A DNA stretch of 34,337 nucleotides, taken from positions 1-34,337 of the forward strand of contig CBDTTT010000001.1 of the NCBI GenBank assembly GCA_965363345.1, given 5' to 3'. How positions within the stretch are numbered: position 1 is the stretch's first letter; each line of letters starts with the position of its first letter. Below are positions 32,098 to 34,337 of this stretch, piece after piece. Position numbers and translations under genes: made by a program. A model generated the notes under the pieces. It was not told the origin of the DNA. It searched no databases and worked only from the letters and a program-made list of their open reading frames with translations. Source of the stretch: an uncultured Chromatiales bacterium. Its GTDB lineage: Bacteria > Pseudomonadota > Gammaproteobacteria > Steroidobacterales > GCA-2729495.

Positions 32098-33441
32098 TTA
32101 CAATCGATACTCGACAAAGGCTTCATCACGAATACGACGAATCCAAAGTTCAGTTTCTTCTTCGAGCTTGGCGTTCCGGATGGCCATTATTGCCCCACGT
32201 TTCTGGATTTCAGCTGTGGTATCGAAGGTTCTGCGACCCCTAACCTCTAGAATGTGCCAGCCGAACGGAGATGCAAAGGGCTCGCTCAGTTGCCACATCT
32301 CAAGAGAGTCTGCCATCGCCTGAAACTCCGGTACAAATATGCCGGGTCCGGTCCAGCCTAGGTCGCCGCCTTTGGCAGCAGAACCAGGGTCTTCTGATAC
32401 AGCGGTGGCGACAGTAGCAAAATCCTCACCTTCAACAATCTGATCACGTATTTTGGTGAGCTGTTGCTTAGCAGTGTCGCTGTCCTTGATTTCGGTTGTC
32501 TTGATGAGGATGTGACGGATTTTTGTTTGCTCTTCGAAGCTCTGAGTCTTGCCGCGAATCTCCTCGACGCGAATAATATGAAAACCACTACCTCCGCGGA
32601 TAGGTTCCGAAACATCGCCTTCCTGCATTGCGGGAACCACTTGGGCAAACAGCGTGGGCAGTTCGCCGCCTTTGCGCCAGCCGATGTCGCCGCCCTGTAA
32701 CGCCTGCTGACCATTTGAGTTGGCTACGGCCAGTTTTGCGAAATTTTCGCCATTCTGAGCCCGTTCATACAGCGCGTTAACTTTCTCTTCTGCCGCATTG
32801 AGCTCATCGGTAGTTGCGCCGGCAGGTATGGAGATCAGAATATGTGAAAGTTTGTACTCTGAACTGTTCTCTTTTGCCTGACGTTCCAGATAGTTTTCGA
32901 TCTCGCGTTCGCTAACAGCGATGCGCGCAAGCACATCACGTTGCCTGAGTCTTTCAACAATCATCTGCTTGCGGACTTCTTCACGAAAAATAGCGTAGTT
33001 AATACCTTCCTGAGCAAGCATTTGCGGCAGTTGCACCAGCGTGATGCCGTTGCGTGTAGCAATTTCTGAGAGTGCATTGTTGAGCGCTTCATTGGGTATT
33101 TGGATGCCCGTGCGTCCTGCGCGCTGCAGTTGAATCTGCTGGATAACGAGTCGTTCCAGAATTTGTTGAATGAGCACGTCCTGCGGCGGCATTTGCGTAC
33201 CACTTTCCTCCAAGCGCTTTGTGATGTTTCTGATCTCATCAGTGAGTTCGCTTTGCAGTACTACGCCATCATTCACAACGGCAGCAACCCCATCAAGTTC
33301 AAGCATTGATGCACTCACGCGGGGCAGTTCTGCCGTGTTAGTTGTCTCCTGAGCACTGGCGGACTGGTAGCCAAGCAGGATAAAGCCGCAGCTCACGATG
33401 GTTGCTGAGCGAAGAAACGAAAGAGTGGGAATTAGAAGCAT
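32098..33441 (-). CDS. surA: Periplasmic chaperone / peptidyl-prolyl isomerase SurA.
   Basis: It has a signal peptide, the N-terminal chaperone domain (DGVAAVVNDGVVLQSEL) and two parvulin domains (HILI..., GGDIGW / GGDLGW). It sits in the conserved position between lptD and pdxA. Confidence 0.9.
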   Translation of the reverse strand: MLLIPTLSFLRSATIVSCGFILLGYQSASAQETTNTAELPRVSASMLELDGVAAVVNDGVVLQSELTDEIRNITKRLEESGTQMPPQDVLIQQILERLVIQQIQLQRAGRTGIQIPNEALNNALSEIATRNGITLVQLPQMLAQEGINYAIFREEVRKQMIVERLRQRDVLARIAVSEREIENYLERQAKENSSEYKLSHILISIPAGATTDELNAAEEKVNALYERAQNGENFAKLAVANSNGQQALQGGDIGWRKGGELPTLFAQVVPAMQEGDVSEPIRGGSGFHIIRVEEIRGKTQSFEEQTKIRHILIKTTEIKDSDTAKQQLTKIRDQIVEGEDFATVATAVSEDPGSAAKGGDLGWTGPGIFVPEFQAMADSLEMWQLSEPFASPFGWHILEVRGRRTFDTTAEIQKRGAIMAIRNAKLEEETELWIRRIRDEAFVEYRL

Positions 33442-33514
33442 GATTAATAGACAGTTCGATAATAGGAGATGTTCCCTGCGATAGCAGATATCGCAGCAGA
33501 GCGAGGGTTATAGA

Positions 33515-34337
33515 TTAAAGACTAGTATAGCCAAGAATACCACTTTCAAACTGGCTACTGACGGAATTGCCAACCTCGGTTAAGCCCTTAAGGACGAACT
33601 GGATGCCAATCGAGACGTTGTCTTCGTCAATATCACGGCTTACTTGTTGGCGGGCTATTAAGCGCACGCCCCAGCAGCAGGTTTCATATTCCACACCGGC
33701 AAATTGGTCTACGAAGACATCGTCCTCAAACGAATAGATGGCGCGCCCCAAGAGATTCCAGCGAGGATTAATTTTCCAGCCAAATGATGCGCCGCCCTGG
33801 TCGAGAGCTGATTGTCGTTGGTAGCGGTAGTCGAGGTTAAAAACTAAAGCATCAAGAGGCTCTGCATGCAGCCTGAAATTACCTTGATCCGTTTTTGAGG
33901 TGGTCGAGTTAAATTGGTAACCGGCTTCAAAGTCCCAGCTTTCATAGACATTAATCTTCGCTCTCAGCAGGTAGTCACCGGAGTTGCTGGTACGTGGTTC
34001 TTCATCAGGCAAGGTTACTTTTTGTTCTGTGTAATAGCGCGCGGTGCCAAAAGCGGCGGTGAGCACTTCGCGTCCGGTTTTGTTGCCAAAGACTCTCGAC
34101 GTGAAGCCTAGGTTTAGTTGGTTAGTATCACCAATGCGATCGTATCGAAGATAGCGATTGGGACGAAACAACTGCACAAGGTTATTATCCGGCAGAATGG
34201 TATCGAAAACGGGCAGTTCGCTCTGATCCTGAAATGGCACATACACATATTGTGCCCGTGGCTCCAAAGTCATCGTAGACCCGTTTGAGAATGAACGCTC
34301 AAATGTTGCGCCACTATCAACGCTGTAGACACCAGCA
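33515..34337 (-). CDS. lptD: LPS-assembly outer-membrane protein LptD. The C-terminal ~274 codons are present and the N-terminus runs off the right edge.
   Basis: The reading frame stays open beyond the track's Met up to the window end (...AGVYSVDSGATFERSFSNGST-MTLEPRAQYVYVPFQDQSELPVFDT...). It has beta-barrel-like alternating composition and lies upstream of surA. Confidence 0.88.
   Translation of the reverse strand, partial: AGVYSVDSGATFERSFSNGSTMTLEPRAQYVYVPFQDQSELPVFDTILPDNNLVQLFRPNRYLRYDRIGDTNQLNLGFTSRVFGNKTGREVLTAAFGTARYYTEQKVTLPDEEPRTSNSGDYLLRAKINVYESWDFEAGYQFNSTTSKTDQGNFRLHAEPLDALVFNLDYRYQRQSALDQGGASFGWKINPRWNLLGRAIYSFEDDVFVDQFAGVEYETCCWGVRLIARQQVSRDIDEDNVSIGIQFVLKGLTEVGNSVSSQFESGILGYTSL

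Noticed and set aside
1-34337. I looked for CRISPR arrays, IS elements and terminal inverted repeats, integrase or transposase genes, tRNA or rRNA genes, prophage genes and defence-system signatures (nucleases, STAND/AAA ATPases, toxin-antitoxin pairs).
   Set aside because: I found none by eye. There are no regularly spaced direct repeats longer than the 14-nt tandem at 1901-1935, no cloverleaf-like segments in the intergenic gaps and no ORFs with recombinase or nuclease motifs. A computational scan (tRNAscan, Infernal, ISfinder, a defence-system HMM set) would be needed to be definitive.

Overview
This is a 34.3-kb chromosomal segment from a Gram-negative gammaproteobacterium. The taxon is inferred from the lgt-thyA and apaH-apaG-rsmA-pdxA-surA-lptD synteny and from near-E. 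coli-like MsrA, MsrP, ThyA and PdxA sequences; the gene content looks marine or environmental. About 37 protein-coding genes tile nearly the whole window. I found no rRNA, tRNA, CRISPR array, transposase, integrase or phage genes. The ORF track uses GTG and TTG as starts and takes the longest ORF, so I trimmed several starts to the ATG that has a Shine-Dalgarno sequence and a signal peptide. The right third (27.3-34.3 kb) is ordinary conserved core. The left and middle are unusually rich in exported proteins (Sec, lipoprotein and Tat signals). These include msrP and msrA, an orphan TRAP binding protein, a TPR/TonB-C protein, a four-gene MCE/Mla-like transporter, DUF47-PiT phosphate uptake and YyaL-cupin. 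The best candidate for an undescribed system is the divergent locus at 8.2-16.6 kb. One arm is a MacB/FtsX-type (HrtBA-like) ABC pair followed by two paralogous exported proteins. These proteins have a class II chelatase (CbiX/CbiK)-like layout and His/Met-rich N-termini, and a small membrane protein gene lies between them. The other arm encodes a membrane-anchored alpha/beta hydrolase, cytochrome c', a dihaem cytochrome c and a haloalkane-dehalogenase-like protein that seems to lack its catalytic His and acid. A second recurring pattern is two separate modules of a lipoprotein gene followed by a Tat-exported DUF1838-like gene, one of which pairs the Tat protein with a lipoprotein-signal SDR. 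All family assignments come from motif recognition and alignment to remembered reference sequences. No database search was run.
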